Assembly (NCBI GenBank): GCA_035447445.1
Contig: DAOTGZ010000001.1
Location: 1-42,922 of the forward strand
Direction: 5' to 3'
Source of the DNA: Spirochaetota bacterium
GTDB lineage: Bacteria > Spirochaetota > UBA4802 > JAFGJZ01
DNA length: 42,922 nucleotides
Part shown: piece by piece, positions 27,289-35,722 of the stretch
Position numbering within the stretch: position 1 is the first letter of the stretch
Layout: each line of letters opens with the position of its first letter
Notes under the pieces: generated by a model
What the model was told of the DNA's origin: nothing
The model's database searches: none
What the model saw: the letters and a program-made list of their open reading frames with translations, nothing else
Program-made: the position numbers and the translations under genes

Positions 27289-27773
27289 AAAGATTTATTC
27301 TTTTGTTTCTTTTTATTTTTTCCCAAATTGAAGCAGCAGAAAACAGTACATTACTATATTATCAGGGACGAGAGCTTGCCTTGAATGGAGATATAGAAGC
27401 TGCCGCAGAAAAATTCAAGCAATCAATAAAACTTAGCCCCTATTATGTACTTCCACATTATGGTTTAGGGCGCTGTTATTTAAATATGGAGGGTAAAAGA
27501 AAAGAGGCTATTAGGGAGTTAAGAATCTCCATAAAACTCGATAAGAAATTTTCACCAGCCTATTTTTACCTTGGTCTCGCTTATATGTTTGAAAAGCAAT
27601 ACGCCTATGCACTTAACCAGTTTAAAAACGCTCTATTATACGATAACACAAGAACCGAAGCCCTTTACAATATCGGAGCAGTTTACGATCTTATGGGACA
27701 TCCGAACAAATCATTACTCTATTATGATCAATATTTGCGTGCAATAAAAACAGATTCCGACTATAGAGAATAA
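27285..27773 (+). CDS. Secreted TPR-repeat protein
   Basis: 162 aa with a signal peptide. TPR-like units (YYQGRELALNGDIEAAAEKFKQSIKLSP, HYGLGRCY, AYFYLGLAYMFEKQYAYALNQFKNAL, ALYNIGAVY). Confidence 0.7.
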   Translation: MKRFILLFLFIFSQIEAAENSTLLYYQGRELALNGDIEAAAEKFKQSIKLSPYYVLPHYGLGRCYLNMEGKRKEAIRELRISIKLDKKFSPAYFYLGLAYMFEKQYAYALNQFKNALLYDNTRTEALYNIGAVYDLMGHPNKSLLYYDQYLRAIKTDSDYRE

Positions 27774-27776
27774 ACA

Positions 27777-27802
27777 AAAGAGACCCTTTCGGGTCTCTTT
27801 TT
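27777..27802. terminator. Bidirectional intrinsic terminator
   Basis: AAAGAGACCC-TTTC-GGGTCTCTTT followed by TT. It lies between convergent genes. Confidence 0.8.
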
Positions 27803-27825
27803 ATAACATAACTTACTTTTTTTAA

Positions 27826-29013
27826 TTATTCAGTAACCACTTCTTCTTCTTCAACAACGGTAATTCCAGAAGATGGAGGAATAACGTCAACAAATATCGA
27901 AAGAATCACGATCTCGGATTTATTTCCAACATTATCTATCGCTTGTGCTTCGATAAAATGATCGCCATTAGTTGGCAATGTAAAAGTTCCATCATACTTT
28001 CTAAATGCACCTGTACCATCTATTCGATAAAGAATTTCTCGAACACCCGATTCGGTATCATTTGCATTAATAGTATAAATATAGTCAGTACCAGCAACCT
28101 TTTTACCTTTTCTTTCTATAAATGGTCTATCAGCTGTAATATCAACAGTAGGAGCTGTTTTATCGACATAAAAGCTTAAAGAACTTTTTGTCATTGATGT
28201 AGGTGTACCACTCTCATCAGGAAGATAAACTCGGAATTCTTCGGAAATATTGCTAACATTATCTTCAGAGCGAACACGGAAATCAAGATCACCCTCGGTA
28301 GTAAGATTAAAACTTGTTGAATATCCTGTAAAATCAGTACCGTTAACAGAATATTGAACATTGTTTACACCAGACATTGCATCACGAGTAGAAATCGAAA
28401 TACTGTTTGTTTCTGAAATATAATATTTACCACCTATTTCATAAACAGGTTTTTCCAAAGTTACTATTGATTCAGGTGCTGTATTATCAATATAAATTGT
28501 AAAAACCTTCGGAGTCTCTACGTTACCTATACTGTCAACTCCCCAATACTTGATATTATGTCGTCCCTCATCAGGAATTGAAAATGGAGAAAGATAATCG
28601 TTTTCACCAGCATCATTAATTGTATAGATAAGTTTATCAGCAAGAAAGTTGTCAGAAGTATGAAGCTTAAACTGTACTCTTGAATTCGCGTAGGTATTTA
28701 CTCCATCAAAATAAGTCTTAGCAACAGTAGTAGTTGTTGTTGCCGTAGATGTAGATGGGTAAGTATCCGTCATTGTTGGTTCTGTTACGGTATCAATACC
28801 GCTAACCGGTGCGACATCATCCGCGGAATCATCCATGGAATCATCAACAGCATCCAGACCTATATCAGCTGTTGGGCTGTCGGTAGTTACCTCTTCTAGT
28901 GAAGAATAATCACTGGTAACCGCCTCAGCCTCGGCTTCGGGTTCTTCCTGAGCAAGAAGTGTTCCCAAAGATAGGGCGGTAATCAGCAATAATAGCGCTA
29001 ATTTTTTATACAT
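27826..29013 (-). CDS. Secreted surface protein with three Ig/beta-sandwich-like repeats
   Basis: 395 aa with a signal peptide and an acidic/Thr-rich linker (EEPEAEAEA, TSTATTTTT). There are three modules of about 75 aa with the pattern Y-x-(I/V)-(N/D)-G...Y...F.....G.H.I.....D..GN.E...(I/V).(I/V)D.TAP. This possibly corresponds to OmpL47-type or chitobiase-C-like domains (from memory, unverified). Confidence 0.6.
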   Translation of the reverse strand: MYKKLALLLLITALSLGTLLAQEEPEAEAEAVTSDYSSLEEVTTDSPTADIGLDAVDDSMDDSADDVAPVSGIDTVTEPTMTDTYPSTSTATTTTTVAKTYFDGVNTYANSRVQFKLHTSDNFLADKLIYTINDAGENDYLSPFSIPDEGRHNIKYWGVDSIGNVETPKVFTIYIDNTAPESIVTLEKPVYEIGGKYYISETNSISISTRDAMSGVNNVQYSVNGTDFTGYSTSFNLTTEGDLDFRVRSEDNVSNISEEFRVYLPDESGTPTSMTKSSLSFYVDKTAPTVDITADRPFIERKGKKVAGTDYIYTINANDTESGVREILYRIDGTGAFRKYDGTFTLPTNGDHFIEAQAIDNVGNKSEIVILSIFVDVIPPSSGITVVEEEEVVTE

Positions 29014-29238
29014 GTAATCCTCCGTTTATAAAGTGACCTTGTAATAGTGAATAAGTGCTCTGTTTAAAGACAGATAATGTATAGTGAAGAAAATATTTTA
29101 ACTGTTGTCAATATAAATTTGCAGGAACCATCTAAAAAGGGATATTAATGCAGCTACAGATTATGCTTATTGATTATAAGTATAGCCTGCACGGACTTTT
29201 TATTCTATAAATATATTTACTTTCCACTCATAAGACAA

Positions 29239-29682
29239 TTATTCTGGCATAATTAAAATACCATAATTGATAATTGTTCTAATAATAACCGGTATCCCCT
29301 TTTTTTTGTCAATATGCGGTTTAAGCGGGTCAATTACAACAGCCTTGCTAACTCCCCGATATTTATAATACAGCTTGTAATAACATGATTCATCTGCAAT
29401 TCTATCATCAGAATCAATATTTAACAGATGTTCTCTATCCATTATGGTTATGAACTTTTTATATCTTTCAGGATGAATAGATCTTTTCCGTGTATTTGAT
29501 CGAAAATTTTCTATTTGAACATAAGCCGTATGGCCGCTACGGAATACCGTAACAGACCATTCCAGAGTAGAAACTGGCTTTGAGTAATAACTGAGTCTAA
29601 CAATTGTCTCGAATTCATCTGCTTGAATTTTTGTACTGAGCAATATTAACAGCAATAAAACCGAAATTCTTAATTGCTTCAA
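29239..29682 (-). CDS. Secreted hypothetical protein
   Basis: 147 aa. TTG start with SD GAGGA 7 nt upstream. Signal peptide LRISVLLLLILLSTKIQA. Confidence 0.5.
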   Translation of the reverse strand: MKQLRISVLLLLILLSTKIQADEFETIVRLSYYSKPVSTLEWSVTVFRSGHTAYVQIENFRSNTRKRSIHPERYKKFITIMDREHLLNIDSDDRIADESCYYKLYYKYRGVSKAVVIDPLKPHIDKKKGIPVIIRTIINYGILIMPE

Positions 29683-29925
29683 ATTTATATCCTCGAAAAC
29701 AAACCTATTCTAAAGTCTGTTACTCTAATCGACACAATATTCTATGTATTTTATGTAAAACAGACGTTTATTGACAGAAATCGTGAAAATTTTGGGAATA
29801 ATAAAATGCAGGATTAATTACAATATCCGGTCAAAAGAACACTGCCGCCGTATAAACTATGCAGCAGATAATCAATAAACCGGATATTAAAAATAGGAAA
29901 CTCTGTTATAAACAACAGATGAAAA

Positions 29926-31122
29926 CTATTTCTTTTTAACTGTTTTTTTTGCAGTTTTCTTAACTGTAGCTTTTTTTGCTACAGGCTTTTTTGCGGCTTT
30001 TTTTACTGCTTTTTTAGTTACAGCCTTTTTCACAGCTTTTTTCGCTGATTTTTTAACTGCAGGTTTCTTTGCAGTTTTCTTAACTGTAGCTTTTTTTGCA
30101 GCTTTCTTAGCAGCTTTCTTAGCAACTTTCTTTACAGCCGGTTTTGAAGCACTTTTTTTAGCTGCTTTTTTTGTAGCCGGTTTTTTTAATTCCTTTTTTT
30201 CTGTATTTGCGGAAGCAGATACAGCTGATTTTGTCTGAGTTGATTTCTTATCAGATTTAATCATTTTGGAAGCAGCAGCCACACGCTCACTCATCCATTT
30301 TGAAATTGTAGTTAAAACTTTTGATCTGTCTTTTCCGTTTTCGTTCATAATCTCATGGTAAAGGTCTTCAAAGACCTTCATCTCCTTATCTGTTGACATA
30401 ATTTTATCAAAAAGAAGCTTGCTTCCTTTTATATCCGCTATTCGATCATCTCCACCGTGGAGAATTAAAGTTGGCAGACGAATTTCCATGCCCCGACCCA
30501 AACAGTTTTCAGCATTTTTATTATATTCACAATACCACTTCAAAGTTATACGGTCATGAACAAGCTCATCAGCCTTGTATAGTTCTGCAACCTCTTCATC
30601 ATGTGACAGAAAAGATACATCAAGTTTATTAGACCGTTGCATCCCCGGTACAATTTTAGATAAAAACATGCTCACATTATGTAAAAAAGGAGAAACTTCA
30701 ATTTTAGGTATAAATGCACCCGCACTGATTATCAGACCTGATAAATCTTCCTGATATTGAAGCGCATAACGGCACGCTATTGTTCCTCCAAGGCTATGAC
30801 CTAACATGTATATCGGCAATCCACCGTGTTTTTCCTTAATCAATTCAATAAAAGATTTTAAATCGTGTACATAATCAAGAAAAGAGTCAACATGCCCTCT
30901 TTTCCCACCAGAACGACCGTGCCCCCTTAAATCCATTCCGTATATCGTTATACCTTTTCCATTCAACTGTTCAACAAGATGGTTATAACGCCCACAATGC
31001 TCACCAAGACCATGAACAATTATAAGCAAAGCTTTTTCTTTAGGCGAAACCCAAGACTGATGATATAATTCAATATCATTTTTACCCGTTATTCGTCCCT
31101 CTTCATGACTATAGTTTAACAT
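29926..31122 (-). CDS. Alpha/beta hydrolase (lysophospholipase / monoglyceride lipase-like) with a Lys/Ala-rich histone-H1-like C-terminal tail
   Basis: The N-terminal roughly 285 aa carry HGLGEH, the nucleophile elbow GHSLGG, and the DRI...LYHEI Asp/His region. The C-terminal roughly 105 aa are KKAAKK/KKTAKK/AVKK repeats. Confidence 0.8.
   Translation of the reverse strand: MLNYSHEEGRITGKNDIELYHQSWVSPKEKALLIIVHGLGEHCGRYNHLVEQLNGKGITIYGMDLRGHGRSGGKRGHVDSFLDYVHDLKSFIELIKEKHGGLPIYMLGHSLGGTIACRYALQYQEDLSGLIISAGAFIPKIEVSPFLHNVSMFLSKIVPGMQRSNKLDVSFLSHDEEVAELYKADELVHDRITLKWYCEYNKNAENCLGRGMEIRLPTLILHGGDDRIADIKGSKLLFDKIMSTDKEMKVFEDLYHEIMNENGKDRSKVLTTISKWMSERVAAASKMIKSDKKSTQTKSAVSASANTEKKELKKPATKKAAKKSASKPAVKKVAKKAAKKAAKKATVKKTAKKPAVKKSAKKAVKKAVTKKAVKKAAKKPVAKKATVKKTAKKTVKKK
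29948..30099. repeat. Two identical 32-nt direct repeats exactly 120 nt apart inside the tail-coding region
   Basis: TTTGCAGTTTTCTTAACTGTAGCTTTTTTTGC occurs at 29948-29979 and again at 30068-30099. The 120-nt offset equals 40 codons, so it is in frame. Both copies encode KKATVKKTAKK. Confidence 0.9.
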
Positions 31123-31417
31123 TACATGACTCCATCGACAAAACCACTATTTACTTTAACCGGTTAAAAACCATCAATAAACCAGTTTCAGTTGATGTAT
31201 AACATTTATATATATTATGTGCAAGAAAAAAACCACCACCTGCTACGAAAAATTGATATATTTGCAAAACCACATTGAAAACACCTGATTATAAGCTTTT
31301 ATTTAAATTAATCCCTATTTCCAAACAGACTTATACAAATAGTAGCAAATACACAGATTACATTTTAATATTATCAATCCGAGCAGGCGAATTACGGAGA
31401 GCAAACCACGCTTAAAT

Positions 31418-33229
31418 CTATTTCAATTTATTCTTTTTTTCGGCAAGTTTTAACGCAATCTGGTTTAACAATACTTCTATCTGAAACGGCTTTTGTAAAA
31501 AAAGATCTATCTGTTTATTATAGCTCTTGATATCTTCGATCATCCATCCGGTCAATAAAACAGTCAACGTTGTCTCTCGCAACTCTCTTATTTCAGTCAA
31601 TAACTCTGTACCGGTCATACCCTTTAAGCCATAATCAGAAATTACAATATCAAAATGACCATTTTTAAACTCATTCAATCCAGATTCGGCATCTTCATGC
31701 ACAATAACACGGTTACCCATAAAGTCAAATAATTCATATAGAATTTCTGTTAAAGCAAATTCATCTTCTACTATAAGTATGTCACAATCCCTTATCTTCT
31801 GCTTATCACTGTTGCTGGCAGAATCTTCACCTGTTACAATCATTTTTGCCGGTATTACCGCGCTCAAAGAGATAATATCCGCTGATTCCTCTTCAATTAT
31901 TCGTACATTTATCTTGTCAGCGATGCGTCTAAGTTCAATTTCAGGTAAAAAATCTTCCCCGGTCTCTAATGGGTCATTATCAACCAAACCACGTTTTACC
32001 GAAACAGTGAATATAATATCATCATCCTTTTTCAATTCAATATCAACGGCTCCACTCTGACCAATATATGATGATATTCGAAAAATCATAGAAACAACTA
32101 TCTCGCGAAGAATTTTTAAATTCCCTGCTACACGTGCTTTTGTGTAATACAGTTTACTGATAGAAATCGAACGACCTTTCTCTTTACGCTCGACTTTAAA
32201 ATGTATTGATGCAAATTCTATAGCATCCCTTATAAGCTCAATTATTTCAACGCTACCCTGGTTATATTCAACAGAATCCGAGGTGATAAACTCCTGTATC
32301 CTGCGTATTTGAGTGGCTGCATCTACGGCGGATTCGTTTATAGACTGTAATCCATCAAGTATATTTGGTTTATCTGTAAGCTGAGACAGCATTTGTGATC
32401 GGTTAATGATAACATTTATAAGATTATTGAACGAATGCAACAGTCCTTTTGTCATATCACTAAATATTTGAACCCTATTCATCTTGCTTAACTTTGACTC
32501 AAGCATCTTCAACCTAGTTGTATCTTCAAAAACAATTTCGATATCATGTCCGTTTATGTCAGAATCAATTTTGTATAATGCCGCATTGCACGAGTTTTCC
32601 ACTCCTGTTTTAGTGTTCACTTTCAAGTCATTAATACGTACAAAAGATTTTGAACCATTGCATATATCTACAACCGCGGCTTTAAGCTTTTCAGAACAAT
32701 ATGACGTAAAAAATGATAAAAAGCAATCTGGGTTCTCAAGAGCAAAATCACGATTAGTACCAAAATAATTTTCCGCGGAAGAGCTTATCCGTACCAAACG
32801 AGCAGAAGTATCAACAGTAACAACCGGACATGGAGAATAGTCATAAAGCGAAGCATGTTCGTTGGGATTTTGCATCGAACGATCAAATGACACAACTCTG
32901 TCTTCAACCGGCCTGATTATTAATGCTATACTTCTTTCATTTTCAATAAGCATGGGATAAAGATATAATTCGGCAGGAATTTTCTTATTATTGTGACCTT
33001 TTAATACAACAAAAAACCGAGTATCAAGGCCGGAAAGAGTCTTGGAAAAATTAAGAGCAATTTTTTTGCGGTACTCATTAAACAACTCATGAGAGTCATC
33101 AAGAGTTAATTCAGAAGACTCACTTGAACCGGTTAAAACGGTAAATGATTCATTTCTAAATACGATCTCTCCCGAAGAATTTATAATACAGCACGGAACA
33201 GAAAGAGAATGCAGAACAGAAAAATCCAC
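31418..33229 (-). CDS. PAS-containing hybrid sensor with HisKA-like H-box, degenerate ATPase region and C-terminal receiver domain
   Basis: 603 aa. H-box GLLHSFNNLINVI (HDFNNLL type). REC domain ILIVEDE...DIVISDYGLKGMTG...LLTGW...LQKPF. I could not find the G1 (DxGxG) and G2 (GxGLGL) boxes. Confidence 0.7.
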   Translation of the reverse strand: MDFSVLHSLSVPCCIINSSGEIVFRNESFTVLTGSSESSELTLDDSHELFNEYRKKIALNFSKTLSGLDTRFFVVLKGHNNKKIPAELYLYPMLIENERSIALIIRPVEDRVVSFDRSMQNPNEHASLYDYSPCPVVTVDTSARLVRISSSAENYFGTNRDFALENPDCFLSFFTSYCSEKLKAAVVDICNGSKSFVRINDLKVNTKTGVENSCNAALYKIDSDINGHDIEIVFEDTTRLKMLESKLSKMNRVQIFSDMTKGLLHSFNNLINVIINRSQMLSQLTDKPNILDGLQSINESAVDAATQIRRIQEFITSDSVEYNQGSVEIIELIRDAIEFASIHFKVERKEKGRSISISKLYYTKARVAGNLKILREIVVSMIFRISSYIGQSGAVDIELKKDDDIIFTVSVKRGLVDNDPLETGEDFLPEIELRRIADKINVRIIEEESADIISLSAVIPAKMIVTGEDSASNSDKQKIRDCDILIVEDEFALTEILYELFDFMGNRVIVHEDAESGLNEFKNGHFDIVISDYGLKGMTGTELLTEIRELRETTLTVLLTGWMIEDIKSYNKQIDLFLQKPFQIEVLLNQIALKLAEKKNKLK

Positions 33230-33393
33230 CCGTTTCTCCTAACAAACAATCCTTTATCTAAATCACTAATCAAACGCATAATACATTATTACACGATATT
33301 TAAGTAATATAGTTATAATAATGTCAGTTTTGATAGTGGGGTAAATTAATCAATTATTTATTAGGATTTATACAATTTAATTTATAAGCCCTT

Positions 33394-34797
33394 CTACCGC
33401 AATGTTCTTTTATTAATTATTGTTTTACTATTTTTAAGAATTTCTACCTCCTGATCTTCTGTGGCAAAGACCTTGCCATTCGCATCAACTTGTTCAAACC
33501 TCAAAGTATATTTCCCAGGTTCCAAAAAAATTTTCGATATTTGCAAATTTGACGGAAGTGTTCTCCAACACCTAAGATCCGGTTTTATTTGCGAAGCAAG
33601 TGCCGATCCAACTCCGGCACCCGTGAGCAGGCCAATTAATGGAGCCGCATCTTTTAACGGTGTCTGTTCAGCTATCTTTTCTGCGGCAATAGAGGATGCA
33701 ACAGTCGCCACTGCTTTCAGGGCAATTCCCATTGCCACTTTTTCTCGAGTATCTTCATACCTTTTTTCGGCACTTAACCTAGCTGTTTTCTCAATATCTT
33801 CAAGAGTTTGTGTTTTGCCCAATACTTTTCCATCTATGGTTCTCACATTCAAATACGCTGTTTTGTTGCCCGGACTGATATAATCAGGTATTGGATGTTC
33901 AATACTGCCTAAAGCAACCATAATAGCGGCAAGAGTAACACCCTGTTCAAGAGTCATACCGTTAACAGACACTATAATCGCCGTTTTCATATTAGAATCA
34001 GCAAGTAATGATCCACGAGATTTTTTATATGCACCTCGGCCTGTCTGATGTATTATAACAAGCTCTCCCTTGTCTTTGTAAGAAGGCACTGCTTTTTGTT
34101 TAAATTTTTGCTTCCACTTGGCCAAATCTTCCTTGTCATTCATGATATGAGCCAATCTCAAAAGATCATCATGTACTGGCTCATAATCCGATCTCATCTC
34201 GTAAATACGCTTATATTCTATGTAAGCAAACTCAAGCGCTCCTTCGTCGTGATCTTCATTAGCAATTATCTCATAACATATTGCTGTCAGATATCTGGCC
34301 ATAATATTCTGTTTATAAAGACTTTCGCCATTTTTACGCAACTCATCAAGGCGTCTACTAACACGGTTAAACTCTACGCGAGCACTATCATAATTCTTAA
34401 GCATTAAAAAATTTATTCCCGCGTACATATGTATCAGTACTCGTTCAAATTCTTCGCCGTGATATCTTCCTTGCCGTTCATTTAATAATACCGAGGCAGC
34501 CTGCTTTCTTATGCTAATTTTTTGATCCTGTGCAAAACTGGCGGCCTTAAGCATAAACTCATTACTTTTTTTGTAATCACCCGCGGTATGATACATAAGA
34601 CCAGCTTCAATCATATACAATAGCCGCTCGTTGCTCTCCGCTTTTGCAAGAGTAGAGAGCATATCTGCACCGGCCAGGTAATCACCACCATAAAACCTTG
34701 ATTCGGCATCGTTAACCTTCGATGAGTATGATGAGCTACAGCCATAAAGAAGCAGATATGCCAGAACAGCAATTATTGTTATACATTTATTTTTCAC
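33394..34797 (-). CDS. TPR-like lipoprotein (COG3014-like, from memory)
   Basis: 467 aa. Lipobox LLYGC. TPR-like N-terminal half. The hydrophobic, Gly/Ala-rich segment AVATVASSIAAEKIAEQ...LIGLLTGAGVGSALAS is followed by a C-terminal beta-rich region. Confidence 0.55.
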   Translation of the reverse strand: MKNKCITIIAVLAYLLLYGCSSSYSSKVNDAESRFYGGDYLAGADMLSTLAKAESNERLLYMIEAGLMYHTAGDYKKSNEFMLKAASFAQDQKISIRKQAASVLLNERQGRYHGEEFERVLIHMYAGINFLMLKNYDSARVEFNRVSRRLDELRKNGESLYKQNIMARYLTAICYEIIANEDHDEGALEFAYIEYKRIYEMRSDYEPVHDDLLRLAHIMNDKEDLAKWKQKFKQKAVPSYKDKGELVIIHQTGRGAYKKSRGSLLADSNMKTAIIVSVNGMTLEQGVTLAAIMVALGSIEHPIPDYISPGNKTAYLNVRTIDGKVLGKTQTLEDIEKTARLSAEKRYEDTREKVAMGIALKAVATVASSIAAEKIAEQTPLKDAAPLIGLLTGAGVGSALASQIKPDLRCWRTLPSNLQISKIFLEPGKYTLRFEQVDANGKVFATEDQEVEILKNSKTIINKRTLR

Positions 34798-34803
34798 GAT
34801 AGA

Positions 34804-35391
34804 TTAAAACTCTTTGCCTTTATCTTTTGATTTTGATTTAAGAAATCTTGCGTTTTCTTGCCAATGTATTTCTCCGGTTTTGATATTATACAATCGCATT
34901 GTTACAACCAAAAGTTGTATCTCACGACCATCTCGTGTAGAAACCGCCTCTCTAATATCACCAGATAGATAAAAATTTGGAGATTTCAAAAATCCGGTTG
35001 GAACAGCAGTAGACTGATCGTATAAACCGGTCATCCCTTTCTCCATCTCTTTTATGGAATCCTCGGCCAAAGATTCATCAAGAAATTTTATTCTTCTTTT
35101 TATTAATTCTGTAGTCATCTCATCTGTGACAACACCGGTATCAATATGCTCTGCTGTTCGATTACGGAATTTCTTGACCTGTAAATAAGCTGGTCCATTC
35201 CAATCCTCTTTTAGAAAAACATATAACGATTCAACCATTTTCTCAACAACCAACTTGACTTCTAGAGCACCCCATTCACGAGATCCATGATCTTCTGTTA
35301 CTTCTCGCTCATATACAACTTCTGGTGCGCTAACGCAGCTGCTTATACTAATTGTCAATACTGTTAAGCATATTAAATATTTTTTCATCAT
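34804..35391 (-). CDS. LpoB/FlgO-like small lipoprotein
   Basis: 195 aa. Lipobox ISSC. Pattern LQVKKFRNRT..HIDTGVVTDEMTTELIK...FYLSGDI......REIQLLVVTMRLYNIKTGEIHW matches the penicillin-binding-protein activator LpoB / TolB-N-like fold family as I remember it. Confidence 0.5.
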   Translation of the reverse strand: MMKKYLICLTVLTISISSCVSAPEVVYEREVTEDHGSREWGALEVKLVVEKMVESLYVFLKEDWNGPAYLQVKKFRNRTAEHIDTGVVTDEMTTELIKRRIKFLDESLAEDSIKEMEKGMTGLYDQSTAVPTGFLKSPNFYLSGDIREAVSTRDGREIQLLVVTMRLYNIKTGEIHWQENARFLKSKSKDKGKEF

Positions 35392-35722
35392 AAAACTCCT
35401 TGCAAAATGATAAAACAGCCTATCATTATTTTTTATTTAGTCAACAAGTATTAAACACCAAAACAGACTACTATCAGCCCTTTTTTTATACTTTTTTGTT
35501 TAATTAAGCTTAATAAGTCATTTTTTTCATCGAAAAGTTACTATTTATCGTCTTTAATGTTTTAGATTACAATAAAGATATTACGAAAATTTGAGCTTTT
35601 GAAACCGATAATCAATAACCAGTAATTTTTTCATTGTCAATTGCCTTGTCATAATTATTATCTAATCATCTTTATGGACTACTAATAAGGTTAAACCTGT
35701 GTTTTTAGGATAATTTATCATT

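Noticed and set aside
29822-29888. 10-bp inverted repeat AATATCCGGT ... ACCGGATATT with a 47-nt spacer as an invertible or mobile segment
   Set aside because: There is no recombinase or transposase nearby and no promoter-like content inside. It is most simply a long-loop hairpin in the 3-prime region of the hydrolase gene.
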